From an uncultured archaeon (GTDB taxonomy: Archaea; Thermoplasmatota; Penumbrarchaeia; JASLWR01), in NCBI GenBank assembly GCA_964342815.1, contig CAYFHS010000007.1:1-64000 (forward strand): a DNA stretch of 64,000 nucleotides. Direction: 5' to 3'. The position numbers and the translations under genes are program-made. The notes below the pieces were generated by a model. It ran no database searches and was not told where the DNA came from. It saw only the letters and a program-made list of their open reading frames with translations. How positions within the stretch are numbered: position 1 is the first letter of the stretch; the number at the start of each line of letters is the position of its first letter. Below are positions 48,005 to 57,604 of the stretch, in pieces.

Positions 48005-49108
48005 TTAAACACGGCTATATGCCCCAATAAAATCTTTTTTGAATTTTTCGAAATTTCCCTCGTCTATTGAAACGCGTATATTCTTCATCAGTCGCATCAT
48101 GAAGTGAAGATTGTGAACGGTTAATAAGCGCATTGCCAGCAGTTCCTTTACGCCGAATAGATGGTGAATATAGGCCCGAGAGTAGCCTTTGCATGTGGTG
48201 CAGCTGCATCCTTCTTCGATCTTGTCCAATCGTCCCTTGAAGCTTGATGCGTTTATATTCATGGGTCCCCTATTCGTCAACGCGGTCCTGTGCCTCGCAT
48301 TCCTGGTTGGATATACGCTGTCGAATATATCGACTCCCATCTCCACCGCCCGAATAATATCCACAGGCGTTCCAACGCCCATCAGGTATTTAGGTCTGTG
48401 GCGATGAAGGATTTCCATTTGGTATCCTACAGCCTTGTACATTGCTACTTTTGACTCCCCCAGGCAAAGACCCCCGATACCGTAACCGTGGCATTCGATT
48501 TTGTTCAATTCATGGGCACTTTTCTCACGGTATTGACGACTGGTCCCGCCCTGGGCGATGCCGAATTTCATCTGGTCCCGCCTTTTGTGTGCCTCGGAAA
48601 ACTCCATGGCCCAACGTGTGGTCCTTTCAACCGCTTTCTCCACCCTAGCCTCGCTGCTGTCCAGAGGGGCGCAGTCATCCAGGGACATAGCCACGTCCGC
48701 ACCAATCTTCTCCTGCATAGTGACTGAAAGGACGGGGGTGATCAACTCCTGACGTCCGTCGAAGGGGCTTTTCAGCACAATTCCTTCATCCGTCACCCTG
48801 GGTTTAAAGCCCTCGCGGACGATCTGAAAACCTCCCGAATCGGTAAAGATACTTCTAGGCCAATTCATGAAACTGTGAATCCCTCCAGCTTTTTCAATCA
48901 GCTCCGTTCCCGGTCTGAGGTGCAGGAGATATGCGTTGGAGATAATGTTTTGTACATCAAGTTCAAGCAGATCATCCGCGGACAGCGTCTTTACCGATGC
49001 CTTGGTGGCAACTGGCATAAAAACCGGTGTTCTAACGCTAAGATGGGCGGTATGAAGGATACCCGTCCGGGCCCCCCGGGATCCCGTTTCATTGGTGACG
49101 CTAAACAT
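48005..49108 (-). CDS. tgt: Bacterial-type tRNA-guanine(34) transglycosylase
   Basis: 'RTPVFMPVAT', 'NAYLLHLRPG', 'TDSGGFQ', 'SLDDC', 'GIAQGG', 'GGLCLGE', 'YLMGVG', 'DIFDSV', Zn site 'CSCTTC...H'; 367 aa, no PUA domain. Confidence 0.92.
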   Translation of the reverse strand: MFSVTNETGSRGARTGILHTAHLSVRTPVFMPVATKASVKTLSADDLLELDVQNIISNAYLLHLRPGTELIEKAGGIHSFMNWPRSIFTDSGGFQIVREGFKPRVTDEGIVLKSPFDGRQELITPVLSVTMQEKIGADVAMSLDDCAPLDSSEARVEKAVERTTRWAMEFSEAHKRRDQMKFGIAQGGTSRQYREKSAHELNKIECHGYGIGGLCLGESKVAMYKAVGYQMEILHRHRPKYLMGVGTPVDIIRAVEMGVDIFDSVYPTRNARHRTALTNRGPMNINASSFKGRLDKIEEGCSCTTCKGYSRAYIHHLFGVKELLAMRLLTVHNLHFMMRLMKNIRVSIDEGNFEKFKKDFIGAYSRV

Positions 49109-49207
49109 CGAATCATCTGAGAATGATTTATCATATTTACTTCTGGTTGTCGTAATTCTTACGAAAACGTTATTATGATAATTTGTATATTGCCAGTTGT
49201 GATATTC

Positions 49208-50335
49208 ATGGATTTCAATGACAGTCTCAATCTCATACGTTTGCTAGTCGGGCTTATAGTCCTTGTAATCGGATCTATCACGGATATTAGAACGCGGAAG
49301 GTCCCGAACCGGCTTTGGCTAATTTCCGGGGCAATAGCCTCTCTGCTCCTGGTTGCCTATGTTGCACACGAGTCTTCCCAGCTCATTCCTGTTCTCCTCA
49401 CTTTGACGGTGATATTCTATTACTATTATTTCTATTCCGACCTGGAATTCAACGGGATGCCCAAGGGAAACGACCGGTTCTTTGCGGTCCTGGGTGTTGC
49501 AACCATAGGTTTCTACGTTTGGTCTGTATTCCATTACGATATCCCAATGAATATTTCTTTTCTTCTTCTAATAACCTTCGTTCTTCTCCTAATCAATGAG
49601 GTTTTGCTCCTTCGTAAAGGTAGAAGCTCAAGAATGTCCTGGCTGATTTTATTATTGATGTGTTTCATTACTCTTGGCTTTCTTTCCCAGTACGATATTG
49701 CCTCAATCGAGAAAGGAGTCCCCATCACTGCAGCCCATGAAATCGACACATCGTTTTTACTGATCACTTCAATAATCCTCATGATAACGGCCATTTACGC
49801 TATGTACTGTTCCGGAATAATCATGGGCGGTGCCGATGCAAAGGGATTGATGCTCATTTCCATGCTTCTTCCCGCATACCCTGTTGTATCGGGTCTACAC
49901 TTAGACACGTACTTTTACGAGGTCCTTGATAAAATTCCACTTCAAGCTTTTATATTTCCGTTCTCGATGACAATACTCATCAACGGTGCCATTCTTCTTC
50001 TACTATATCCTATATTCTTTCTTTTGTGGAACCTCACTAGAAAAGATTTTAAATTCCCATATTGTCTATTCGGGTATAAGCTGGATCTCGATAAATTTGG
50101 ACAAAAGTTCGTGTGGCTACTGGAGGTGGAGAAGGACGGGAAACGGAAGATGGTTCTATCGCCTCCCAGGGAAGAGGCCGAGGAAAAGAAGCTCCTGGAG
50201 AAACTTGCGGAAACCGGGGAAAAGAGGATATGGGTGCAGCCCAAGATACCGTTCCTTGTTGCCGTGACCGTGGGCTACCTGATCGCCATCATTTTCGGTA
50301 ATGCCATACATCTCGTAATCGGCCTTATTAACTGA
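49208..50335 (+). CDS. A24-family prepilin/preflagellin peptidase with extra TM insertion (ORF open from 49175)
   Basis: 'SITDIRTRKVPN' and 'MGGADAKGL' Asp motifs; C-terminal 'WVQPKIPFLV'. Confidence 0.85.
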   Translation: MDFNDSLNLIRLLVGLIVLVIGSITDIRTRKVPNRLWLISGAIASLLLVAYVAHESSQLIPVLLTLTVIFYYYYFYSDLEFNGMPKGNDRFFAVLGVATIGFYVWSVFHYDIPMNISFLLLITFVLLLINEVLLLRKGRSSRMSWLILLLMCFITLGFLSQYDIASIEKGVPITAAHEIDTSFLLITSIILMITAIYAMYCSGIIMGGADAKGLMLISMLLPAYPVVSGLHLDTYFYEVLDKIPLQAFIFPFSMTILINGAILLLLYPIFFLLWNLTRKDFKFPYCLFGYKLDLDKFGQKFVWLLEVEKDGKRKMVLSPPREEAEEKKLLEKLAETGEKRIWVQPKIPFLVAVTVGYLIAIIFGNAIHLVIGLIN

Positions 50336-50377
50336 TATGGGAAGAATAAATCTGGAAACCGGAATCCTTTATGGGAG

Positions 50378-52366
50378 ATGAAAATTTATATGGAAATTGA
50401 AATACTAAACCAGGAAGGATTCGCTTCAGTCAAACAGGTTCGATCAAGATCAAATGGCGATAATGATTCTTTCATGACTCCAGCACCAGTATTCGTTCCA
50501 TTCCTTCATCATGGAGGTGTGATGAATGGGGCTGTTTCGGACAACAAAAAAGCTCATGTTGAGAAGATCCCTTCTTTCTTCCCGATAATCAACATAACGG
50601 GTCTAGGAAATAATCAACACGTAGAAGAAAATTTTAAATTATATCTCTCTGTGAATGACAAAGAGCTGGGAGGACCCAATGGCTCCGGAAAAACCCTGTT
50701 CTGCCGTCCCAAGGGACTTCTTTACCCTTCTGATCTAGTTGATAATGAATCCGGGGAAGATATTGCATTTTTTCAAATGCACTCTCCCGATATTACTAAT
50801 GCCGGACCTGGCGTGGTAGCGCCAACTCATCTAGTGCACCAATATGAGAACCCCCGCCGAATAATTAAACTTATCCATGGCTTGAGAAACCAATTCACAG
50901 AGGAAAATCTTTTCTACGCTCCGGGGGTAGCAGATCCTTACCGGCTGCCTTATCTCGCTTATCTCGGATTCGATCTATTCGATACGGTCAAGGCAGCCCG
51001 GGATTCCACTTCATTGATTTTCTGGGACACGATGGCTTCTCACCCGCTTTCCAGTATAACGTATCAGGTTCTTGATGCCTGTAACTGCAACGGCTGCGAA
51101 AAACTGAAAGAAGTCCTCGGTGACGCAGGTTCATTCAAGGAAATTACAAAGCGCGGTGTTGGAATAAAGATAGCTGAATTGACAAGTTTTCTCTATATCC
51201 ACAACTGTAAGAAACTCACTGACGCAGTCCGGGAAACCGGCGAATTAATAAAAACCGGAAATTTATATGCCTACGCACACTCCCATTCTTTAAAAAATCC
51301 CTCTGCCGCTGCGATTCTGAGGCTTTTTCACCGGGAAATGGCTTCCGAGCTTGTGAAGATATCGCCTCGGGAATCGCGTCATACGCTTATAATCGGTCAA
51401 CGCGAAATGATCCATCTACCGGATATCATCAGTTACGTAAATCGCTTGAAAGAAACCTATATTCCACCAAAACGAGATATTCTCCTGCTACTGCCCTGCT
51501 CATATAAAAAACCCTATTCCCGTTCCAAGACTCACCGAATTATCAAAAAGGCAATTTGGGAACACCCACTGAGATGGAACCTTCATTCCGTGGTAATAAC
51601 CTCGCCTCTGGGTATCGTACCCATGGAACTCGAGAACAGCTATCCCGCAAGGAACTACGATATACCTGTGACTGGTGACTGGGATTCGGATGAGAGACAG
51701 AGAGTGGATGAACTTCTTGGATGCTTGATTGAGCGAGGGTCCTATGAATTCACCATTGGATACCTTGGCAAAGAGAACTTTATTATAAGAGATCTGATCG
51801 AAAAAAACTTCGCCCACAGGTATTTCATAGATGAGGAACCGACTACACCCGTAGCGCTCGATGGCTTGAGTGATCTCCTGAACTCAATAATGGAGCAAGG
51901 CAATCTTGTCCCGAACACCAAGAAGAGAACTGGATCGGGAATCCCATATAAAACGAGAGACGCGTGGGGAGTTTTAACATTCCAGTTCCGTACCGAAATC
52001 GCGGAAAGACTGATGAAGGCCTCCAGTTTGAAGGGTAGATGGCCGATTTATTCATTGGTTGACCGAGAAACGAAAGTGCAGATCGCAAAATACATTCCTG
52101 AGCGGGGTATGTTCTCGCTGGGAAAAGGTGCAGCTCAGAGATTAAATGGAATCGAATGTAACAGGGTCTTTATCGAGGATTTCCATCCCAAAGGGACAAT
52201 ATTCTGTGTGGGGATCACGAGAGCCGATCTCAATATACGCCCCAAAGATGAGGTATTGGTATATTACGGGGAAGAGCTTCGAGCAATAGGGAGAGCGCTT
52301 GTAAATGGCCAAGCTATGAGTCAGAGAACGCGCGGAGCTGGTGTGAAGGTTAGACACAGATTCTAA
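50378..52366 (+). CDS. arcS: Archaeosine synthase ArcS (TgtA2) with C-terminal PUA domain
   Basis: 'LLLPCSYKKPYSRSKTH', 'ITSPLG.VPMELE..YPA..YDIPVTGDWD', PUA 'GAGVKVRH'. Confidence 0.9.
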   Translation: MKIYMEIEILNQEGFASVKQVRSRSNGDNDSFMTPAPVFVPFLHHGGVMNGAVSDNKKAHVEKIPSFFPIINITGLGNNQHVEENFKLYLSVNDKELGGPNGSGKTLFCRPKGLLYPSDLVDNESGEDIAFFQMHSPDITNAGPGVVAPTHLVHQYENPRRIIKLIHGLRNQFTEENLFYAPGVADPYRLPYLAYLGFDLFDTVKAARDSTSLIFWDTMASHPLSSITYQVLDACNCNGCEKLKEVLGDAGSFKEITKRGVGIKIAELTSFLYIHNCKKLTDAVRETGELIKTGNLYAYAHSHSLKNPSAAAILRLFHREMASELVKISPRESRHTLIIGQREMIHLPDIISYVNRLKETYIPPKRDILLLLPCSYKKPYSRSKTHRIIKKAIWEHPLRWNLHSVVITSPLGIVPMELENSYPARNYDIPVTGDWDSDERQRVDELLGCLIERGSYEFTIGYLGKENFIIRDLIEKNFAHRYFIDEEPTTPVALDGLSDLLNSIMEQGNLVPNTKKRTGSGIPYKTRDAWGVLTFQFRTEIAERLMKASSLKGRWPIYSLVDRETKVQIAKYIPERGMFSLGKGAAQRLNGIECNRVFIEDFHPKGTIFCVGITRADLNIRPKDEVLVYYGEELRAIGRALVNGQAMSQRTRGAGVKVRHRF

Positions 52367-52378
52367 GGAAGGGACTAT

Positions 52379-53098
52379 ATGCATTCAGAGGTCATGGATC
52401 TAAAATGGGATTGTGAAGGAATTCTAAGGTCCAGACCCAACAGGTTTCTCGGTATTGCGGACATTATTGAACCCACGGACATGAAAGGTGAGATGGTTCA
52501 CGTTCACGATCCCGGACGATTGAAGGAACTTCTTTATCCCGGCAACAGAATTTTGTTGAAGAGAGCCGCCGGAAAGAAAAGGAAGACTAAATGGGATGTC
52601 ATTGCCGCACGATTCGGAAACGAATGGGTACTAATACATTCAGGATATCATCGGGCCATATCTGAATGGATTCTGAGAAGTGAATTCAATCCTATAGGCC
52701 GAATGGTGGACATCAGGCCAGAGGTAACCGTGGGCCACAGCCGGTTGGATTTTGTGTGTAAGGACGAGGACGATACGGTTATTGGAGTGGAAGTGAAAGG
52801 CTGTACTCTTATGCTGGACGGGACAGCTCTGTTTCCAGACGCACCCACGGAAAGGGGCAGCAGGCATCTCGAGACGCTGATAGAGATGAAAGCATCTGGA
52901 AAAAGGGCTGCCCTGTTCGTTCTCATATTCAGGTACGAGTCCAGATGTTTTTCGCCAAATAAACTGACCGATCCCAGATTTTCCGAGACGTTCAAAAGAG
53001 CAGTTGAAGCGGGGGTCGAGATACATCCTCTGGTGTTTCGGTATGACGGTACGAAAATATTTTATTTGGGCCGAATAAATGTTTGTGAAAAATTTTAA
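52379..53098 (+). CDS. sfsA: SfsA-family DNA/RNA nuclease
   Basis: 'RPNRF', 'HVHDPGRL.EL', 'SRLDF', 'VEVKGCTL', 'FPDAPTERG.RHL'. Confidence 0.93.
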   Translation: MHSEVMDLKWDCEGILRSRPNRFLGIADIIEPTDMKGEMVHVHDPGRLKELLYPGNRILLKRAAGKKRKTKWDVIAARFGNEWVLIHSGYHRAISEWILRSEFNPIGRMVDIRPEVTVGHSRLDFVCKDEDDTVIGVEVKGCTLMLDGTALFPDAPTERGSRHLETLIEMKASGKRAALFVLIFRYESRCFSPNKLTDPRFSETFKRAVEAGVEIHPLVFRYDGTKIFYLGRINVCEKF

Positions 53099-53248
53099 CC
53101 GCTGGGTCTAGCTGACTCCTATTCTTATGGCTTGTAAAATGAAAATCATTATCCCTTTTCTATAAATACGGACAAAGCATTATATACACTACCCATTAGT
53201 AATTTTTTTCAATATTGCCAGTGATCCAACCCCCGCGGCGGGTGCGTT

Positions 53249-56200
53249 ATGGTGGACCTTATGGAAGAGAACGAACGTGTAATGGAGAATAAACCTGAAG
53301 GGGACAACATGTCTAAAGGGGACAATATGTCTGCAAGGGAAAATATGTCTGAAGGGGACAATATGTCTGCAGGGGAAAAAAAGTCAGAGGTGCAGAGCGA
53401 GCCGATGAAGGGCTTCACTCCGCAGGTTGAAATGGAATTGAAGCCTCTCGTAGACAAGGAGAACGATTTCATAGTCCTTGGCAGGACAAAGGGCGAACAT
53501 GACGAATTCGGAATAAAGGGTCTCATGGACATAGGCATCGTGGGTGAGAGCCAGACCACAGGAGTGAACCATCTATCTGACAGGATAATGATGGACAGTC
53601 AATTTCCACATATCATGTTCATCTGCGGCAAGAGAGGGTCGGGGAAATCCTACACTCTAGGGATCGTAGCCGAAGAATTGGCGAAAAGTACCGAGGGTAT
53701 TGGAACCATTCTAATAGATCCCATAGGAATCTTCTGGTCATTGAAGCGGGAGAACGTCTTGGAAAAGGAATTAAAATTGCTGAAATCCTTCGGGCTGAAT
53801 TCCCAGGAATTCGAAAACGTAAAGGTAATTACGCCACTTGGGTACGAGGAAGGAATGGAAGCGATTTTGGACGGATCCTTTTCTATAAGCGTCACCGAGA
53901 TGACCGCAGCTGACTGGTGTACAGTGTTCGATGTGGGCAGATTCAAAGCACAGGGTCTTTTGATCGGCGATGCCATCAACAAGGTCCGGGAAGGCTACAT
54001 TGCCATTTATGGTAACCGAAATATAGAGATGCCGGGAAAATCCGAGCAGTATTCCATAGGTGACATCATACAGTGCATCGAACACGATGAGGACCTGCAG
54101 TCCAAGAAGAAGGGATATGCTACCTCAACGAGACGCTCCATCGCGGCAAGATTCCAGGCAGTGGGGAATTGGGGACTTTTTTCCAGGGAGGGAACACCCA
54201 TACAGACCATCTCTTCACGCAATAATGTTACGGTCATCGATGTATCACATCCAAAATTGGACAATGACAAACGCGCTTTAATTGTTGGGATCATAGCAAG
54301 AAAGATACTTGAAGGCCGAATTCAAGCTTCAAAGAGAGAGGAAGCCAGATCATTGGGAATGCCCGTCTCCATGGAAGGAAGCCTGCCGGTCACGTGGCTC
54401 CTCATCGATGAAGCCCATCTCATTCTGCCCAGGGGGGGAAAAACTGCCGCAACCGATGCTTTGGTTAATTATGCAAAGCTTGGACGAAGACCGGGATGCG
54501 CATTAGTTCTTGCAACCCAGAGACCTGCAGCCACGGATGATAACGTACTATCCCAGGTGGACATGATGATCAGTCACAACCTGGCGCTGGAAGAGGATAT
54601 GGCCTCTCTCAGGAAGAGACTGCCGGCGAAGGTTCCCCCGTCTCTTGTCACGTCCGACTTCATCAGAGCAATACCGGTAGGTACTGGAATACTGGCTGAC
54701 CAGAAGACACAGAACCGTACGATGGTAGTGAAATTCCGTCCCCGGCAGTCCCACCACTCGGGAAAAGCAGCGGTACCCACCGTCTTTGTCAAGGATGAGG
54801 AAAAAACGGGGGAAATCCACACTCCGATTCCAACTGTTCCGAAACATGAGCGTGAGGGCGACGAAGGATCGATATTGAGACCGTCCCTGAACGTGGATCA
54901 ACTGCTTATAAGGATTGATAGTACATCGATAGAAAGAGACAAAAAAAAGGTACCCGTATTTGTCTTTCAGGGCGAGGACCTACTTCACAGGGATAAGGAG
55001 GAGAGGGAGAAGGCCGAGAAAGAAAAGGCTGAGAGTGAAAAGGCTGAGAGAGAGAAAGCTGAGAAAGAGAAGGCTGAGAAAGAGAAGGCTGAGAGAGAGA
55101 AGGCTGAGAGAGAAAAAGCTGAGAGAGAGAAGGCCGAGAAAGAGAAGGCTGAGAGAGAAAAAGCTGAGAGAGAGAAGGCCGAGAAAGAAAAGGCTGAGAG
55201 AGAGAAAGCTGAGAGAGAGAAGGCTGAGAGAGAGAAGGCTGAGAGAGAAAAGGCTGAGAAAGAAAAGGCTGAGAGAGAGAAGGCTGAGAGAGAGAAGGCT
55301 GAGAGAGAGAAGGCCGAGAAAGAAAAGGCTGAGAGAGAAAAGGCTGAGAGAGAAAAGGCTGAGAGAGAAAAGGCTGAGAAAGAGAAGGCTGAGAGAGAAA
55401 AGGCTGAGAGAGAAAAGGCTGAGAAAGAGAAGGCTGAGAGAGAGAAGGCTGAGAGAGAGAGGAAGAAAGTGGAAGAAAAGAAAGAATTATCTGGCCTGAT
55501 AAAGGAAATACTCGATCTCGGTCATCACTATCTTTTCAAGAACGAAGACCGGACCCTGGCTCAGCAGTTCGCAAGTGAGATAATTGATATGTCGAAAACT
55601 GCCTTCATGGTCATCTCGAGATCACCCTCGGCTAAGGCAAAGAACATATTTAAGGATCGGCAGAGCAAATCATACTGGCTATCTAAATCCGAAACGAGAG
55701 AGAGCTTGAGCCCACATAACATGGAAAAGATATCCTTCACAATTAGCCAATTTCAGGAACAGAATCCGGGTGCAATAATATATTTTGATGGTCTGGAGTA
55801 CCTTATCTCCAACAATGATCTACCGAAGGTTATTAGGTTTATAGAAACCGTGCATGAGAACTGCCAGTTGATGAAAGGAGCGGTCATATATCCCTTTACG
55901 CCCGAGGTCATTAGCAAACGTGACATGTCACGGGTTCAGACGGAGATGGATGTGTTATTCGAAAAAGAAGACCTATTACCATTCTCTTTGGGCCAGTCAG
56001 AAACCGAAGAAGGACCGGAAGCGGATAAGGAAGCGGATAAAGAAGATGGAAAGGAAAAGGATTCGGAGGCGGAAAGGGAAGAAGAAGCAGTTTCAACAGA
56101 TGAGATCATAAGTTGGGATGAGGAAGAGGGTGTGGAAAAAGAACCGGTGGAGGACTTGATGAAGACTCCGGATCAGGTCGAGGCAAGTTCAGAAGCAGTG

Positions 56201-57502
56201 TCTGATGAGGATGGTGGAAAAATCTCCGAAGAACCCATGGCCGCTGATGAGATGCCGCAGACAGGCGGCCTAGATATCGATTATTTCGCGCATCTAATCG
56301 AGATCACAAAACGGAAGAAGAAACATGAGAAAGATGTATCTGAAAAAGCGGGTCCTGCGCGGGTTCGCATTCCACGGAAGGAGGAACAAGAACAGAAAAT
56401 CTGCCCGGAAATTGGATTGAATAAAAGTTATCTTGAACGTACACGGACCAGTGAGCACGTTCGCGATGATGATTTTAAAACAGTAAAGGTCAAAAGAGTC
56501 GAACCGGTGAGAGTGATCGATGCCGAATTCACTGAGATAACCGACTTTACCGGTACTCCAACGGAGCTGGAGCCGGAAACAATAATATCTGAAACGACCG
56601 ACGGGGAAATTACACCCCTTGTCCCTTCCAGCAAAACCCATGAGATACAAAAAAGGCTGGATCAGGAAACCCCGGATTTGGATAAACCCACCATGACCGA
56701 GCCAGAATGCGATTACGTCACCCAGGGGAAAGGGCATTTCTACATTGCTCCGATCCTCTCGGAGATGGATGCTGAAAACTGTGCACGTCGATTCCTTGAG
56801 GGTAAAGGTATTCTGAAACAGAAAAAGATAGAAATGATCTCAGAGGTCAATATCACCTTCATCACTCTTATCCGCCTGTACTTCAGCAAGCTCGCGGGAT
56901 TCATAAAAAAGAAGAAAAAGGTATTTACTCTTTTTTTCGATCCGGTATCAGGAGAGCTGGTGAGGAAATATAAAAAGGGACTTGTAAGATCCATCAACAT
57001 GCCGGTCCTGTTCGAATACTCGAAAACCCAGGTTGACCTTCTGCTGGCACTGCGTTCCGGTACATTGACCGATATCGAGCTTGGTATAAAGACAAAATTA
57101 CGTTCCCAGGATCTCAAAAGAGCTCTTAATGCGCTTGAGAAAAAAGGTATGGCGGAAAAACAAGTAACGGGGGATGGTTCATACGCTTATCGTAGAAAGA
57201 TGGAGTTCAAATTGCCGGGGAACCTGACCCGTGCAACCCCTGACATGCCGCATATCAGGGAAGGAAACTTATCCGTCGGGGCGGTACTGCCGAGGTTCAA
57301 GGTTAAAGACGTGGAAAATTTGATACGGATAATTGACGACGGGATGAAACTTGAAGATCATGACAACGTCTACTATCCATATTATATAGTTGATATCGAG
57401 GGAAAAAGAGGCCCCCGAAAGATATTCATAGATGGTATGAACGGTGGGGAGGAAGAGATATTGGGCATGATAAAAGACCTCGAGATAAAGATTCCCAAAT
57501 AG
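53249..57502 (+). CDS. HerA/DUF87-like P-loop ATPase fused to a charged pentapeptide repeat, DUF835, an acidic linker and a C-terminal wHTH-containing region
   Basis: Walker A 'GKRGSGKS', Walker B 'LLIDEAH', 'LATQRP'; DUF835 'YWLS', 'IYFDGLEYLI..N'; wHTH-like 'DIEL...L.RALNALEKKG'. Confidence 0.8.
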   Translation: MVDLMEENERVMENKPEGDNMSKGDNMSARENMSEGDNMSAGEKKSEVQSEPMKGFTPQVEMELKPLVDKENDFIVLGRTKGEHDEFGIKGLMDIGIVGESQTTGVNHLSDRIMMDSQFPHIMFICGKRGSGKSYTLGIVAEELAKSTEGIGTILIDPIGIFWSLKRENVLEKELKLLKSFGLNSQEFENVKVITPLGYEEGMEAILDGSFSISVTEMTAADWCTVFDVGRFKAQGLLIGDAINKVREGYIAIYGNRNIEMPGKSEQYSIGDIIQCIEHDEDLQSKKKGYATSTRRSIAARFQAVGNWGLFSREGTPIQTISSRNNVTVIDVSHPKLDNDKRALIVGIIARKILEGRIQASKREEARSLGMPVSMEGSLPVTWLLIDEAHLILPRGGKTAATDALVNYAKLGRRPGCALVLATQRPAATDDNVLSQVDMMISHNLALEEDMASLRKRLPAKVPPSLVTSDFIRAIPVGTGILADQKTQNRTMVVKFRPRQSHHSGKAAVPTVFVKDEEKTGEIHTPIPTVPKHEREGDEGSILRPSLNVDQLLIRIDSTSIERDKKKVPVFVFQGEDLLHRDKEEREKAEKEKAESEKAEREKAEKEKAEKEKAEREKAEREKAEREKAEKEKAEREKAEREKAEKEKAEREKAEREKAEREKAEREKAEKEKAEREKAEREKAEREKAEKEKAEREKAEREKAEREKAEKEKAEREKAEREKAEKEKAEREKAERERKKVEEKKELSGLIKEILDLGHHYLFKNEDRTLAQQFASEIIDMSKTAFMVISRSPSAKAKNIFKDRQSKSYWLSKSETRESLSPHNMEKISFTISQFQEQNPGAIIYFDGLEYLISNNDLPKVIRFIETVHENCQLMKGAVIYPFTPEVISKRDMSRVQTEMDVLFEKEDLLPFSLGQSETEEGPEADKEADKEDGKEKDSEAEREEEAVSTDEIISWDEEEGVEKEPVEDLMKTPDQVEASSEAVSDEDGGKISEEPMAADEMPQTGGLDIDYFAHLIEITKRKKKHEKDVSEKAGPARVRIPRKEEQEQKICPEIGLNKSYLERTRTSEHVRDDDFKTVKVKRVEPVRVIDAEFTEITDFTGTPTELEPETIISETTDGEITPLVPSSKTHEIQKRLDQETPDLDKPTMTEPECDYVTQGKGHFYIAPILSEMDAENCARRFLEGKGILKQKKIEMISEVNITFITLIRLYFSKLAGFIKKKKKVFTLFFDPVSGELVRKYKKGLVRSINMPVLFEYSKTQVDLLLALRSGTLTDIELGIKTKLRSQDLKRALNALEKKGMAEKQVTGDGSYAYRRKMEFKLPGNLTRATPDMPHIREGNLSVGAVLPRFKVKDVENLIRIIDDGMKLEDHDNVYYPYYIVDIEGKRGPRKIFIDGMNGGEEEILGMIKDLEIKIPK
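53297..53368 (+). repeat. 4 x 18-bp tandem repeat (xGDNMS), each unit containing an in-frame ATG
   Basis: GAAGGGGACAACATGTCT / AAAGGGGACAATATGTCT / GCAAGGGAAAATATGTCT / GAAGGGGACAATATGTCT. Confidence 0.9.
55013..55462 (+). repeat. 30 x 15-bp tandem repeat encoding AE(R/K)EK
   Basis: 450 bp of GC(T/C)GAGA(G/A)AGA(G/A)AA(G/A) units, in frame in 53249..57502. Confidence 0.97.
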
Positions 57503-57604
57503 ATTGCGGAGCTGAAGACTGTTTATTTGTGCATGGAGTGGAATTGTATTGTACCTAAATCATATCAAAGAACATAGCTTTGCTTTGAGATCAGGAAGAT
57601 TCAT

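Noticed and set aside
53297-55462. Tandem repeats as a CRISPR array
   Set aside because: Units are contiguous, in frame and lack unique spacers; no cas genes.
54960-55499. 179-aa Arg/Lys/Leu-rich ORF
   Set aside because: Alternative-frame shadow of the 15-bp repeat inside the ATPase gene.
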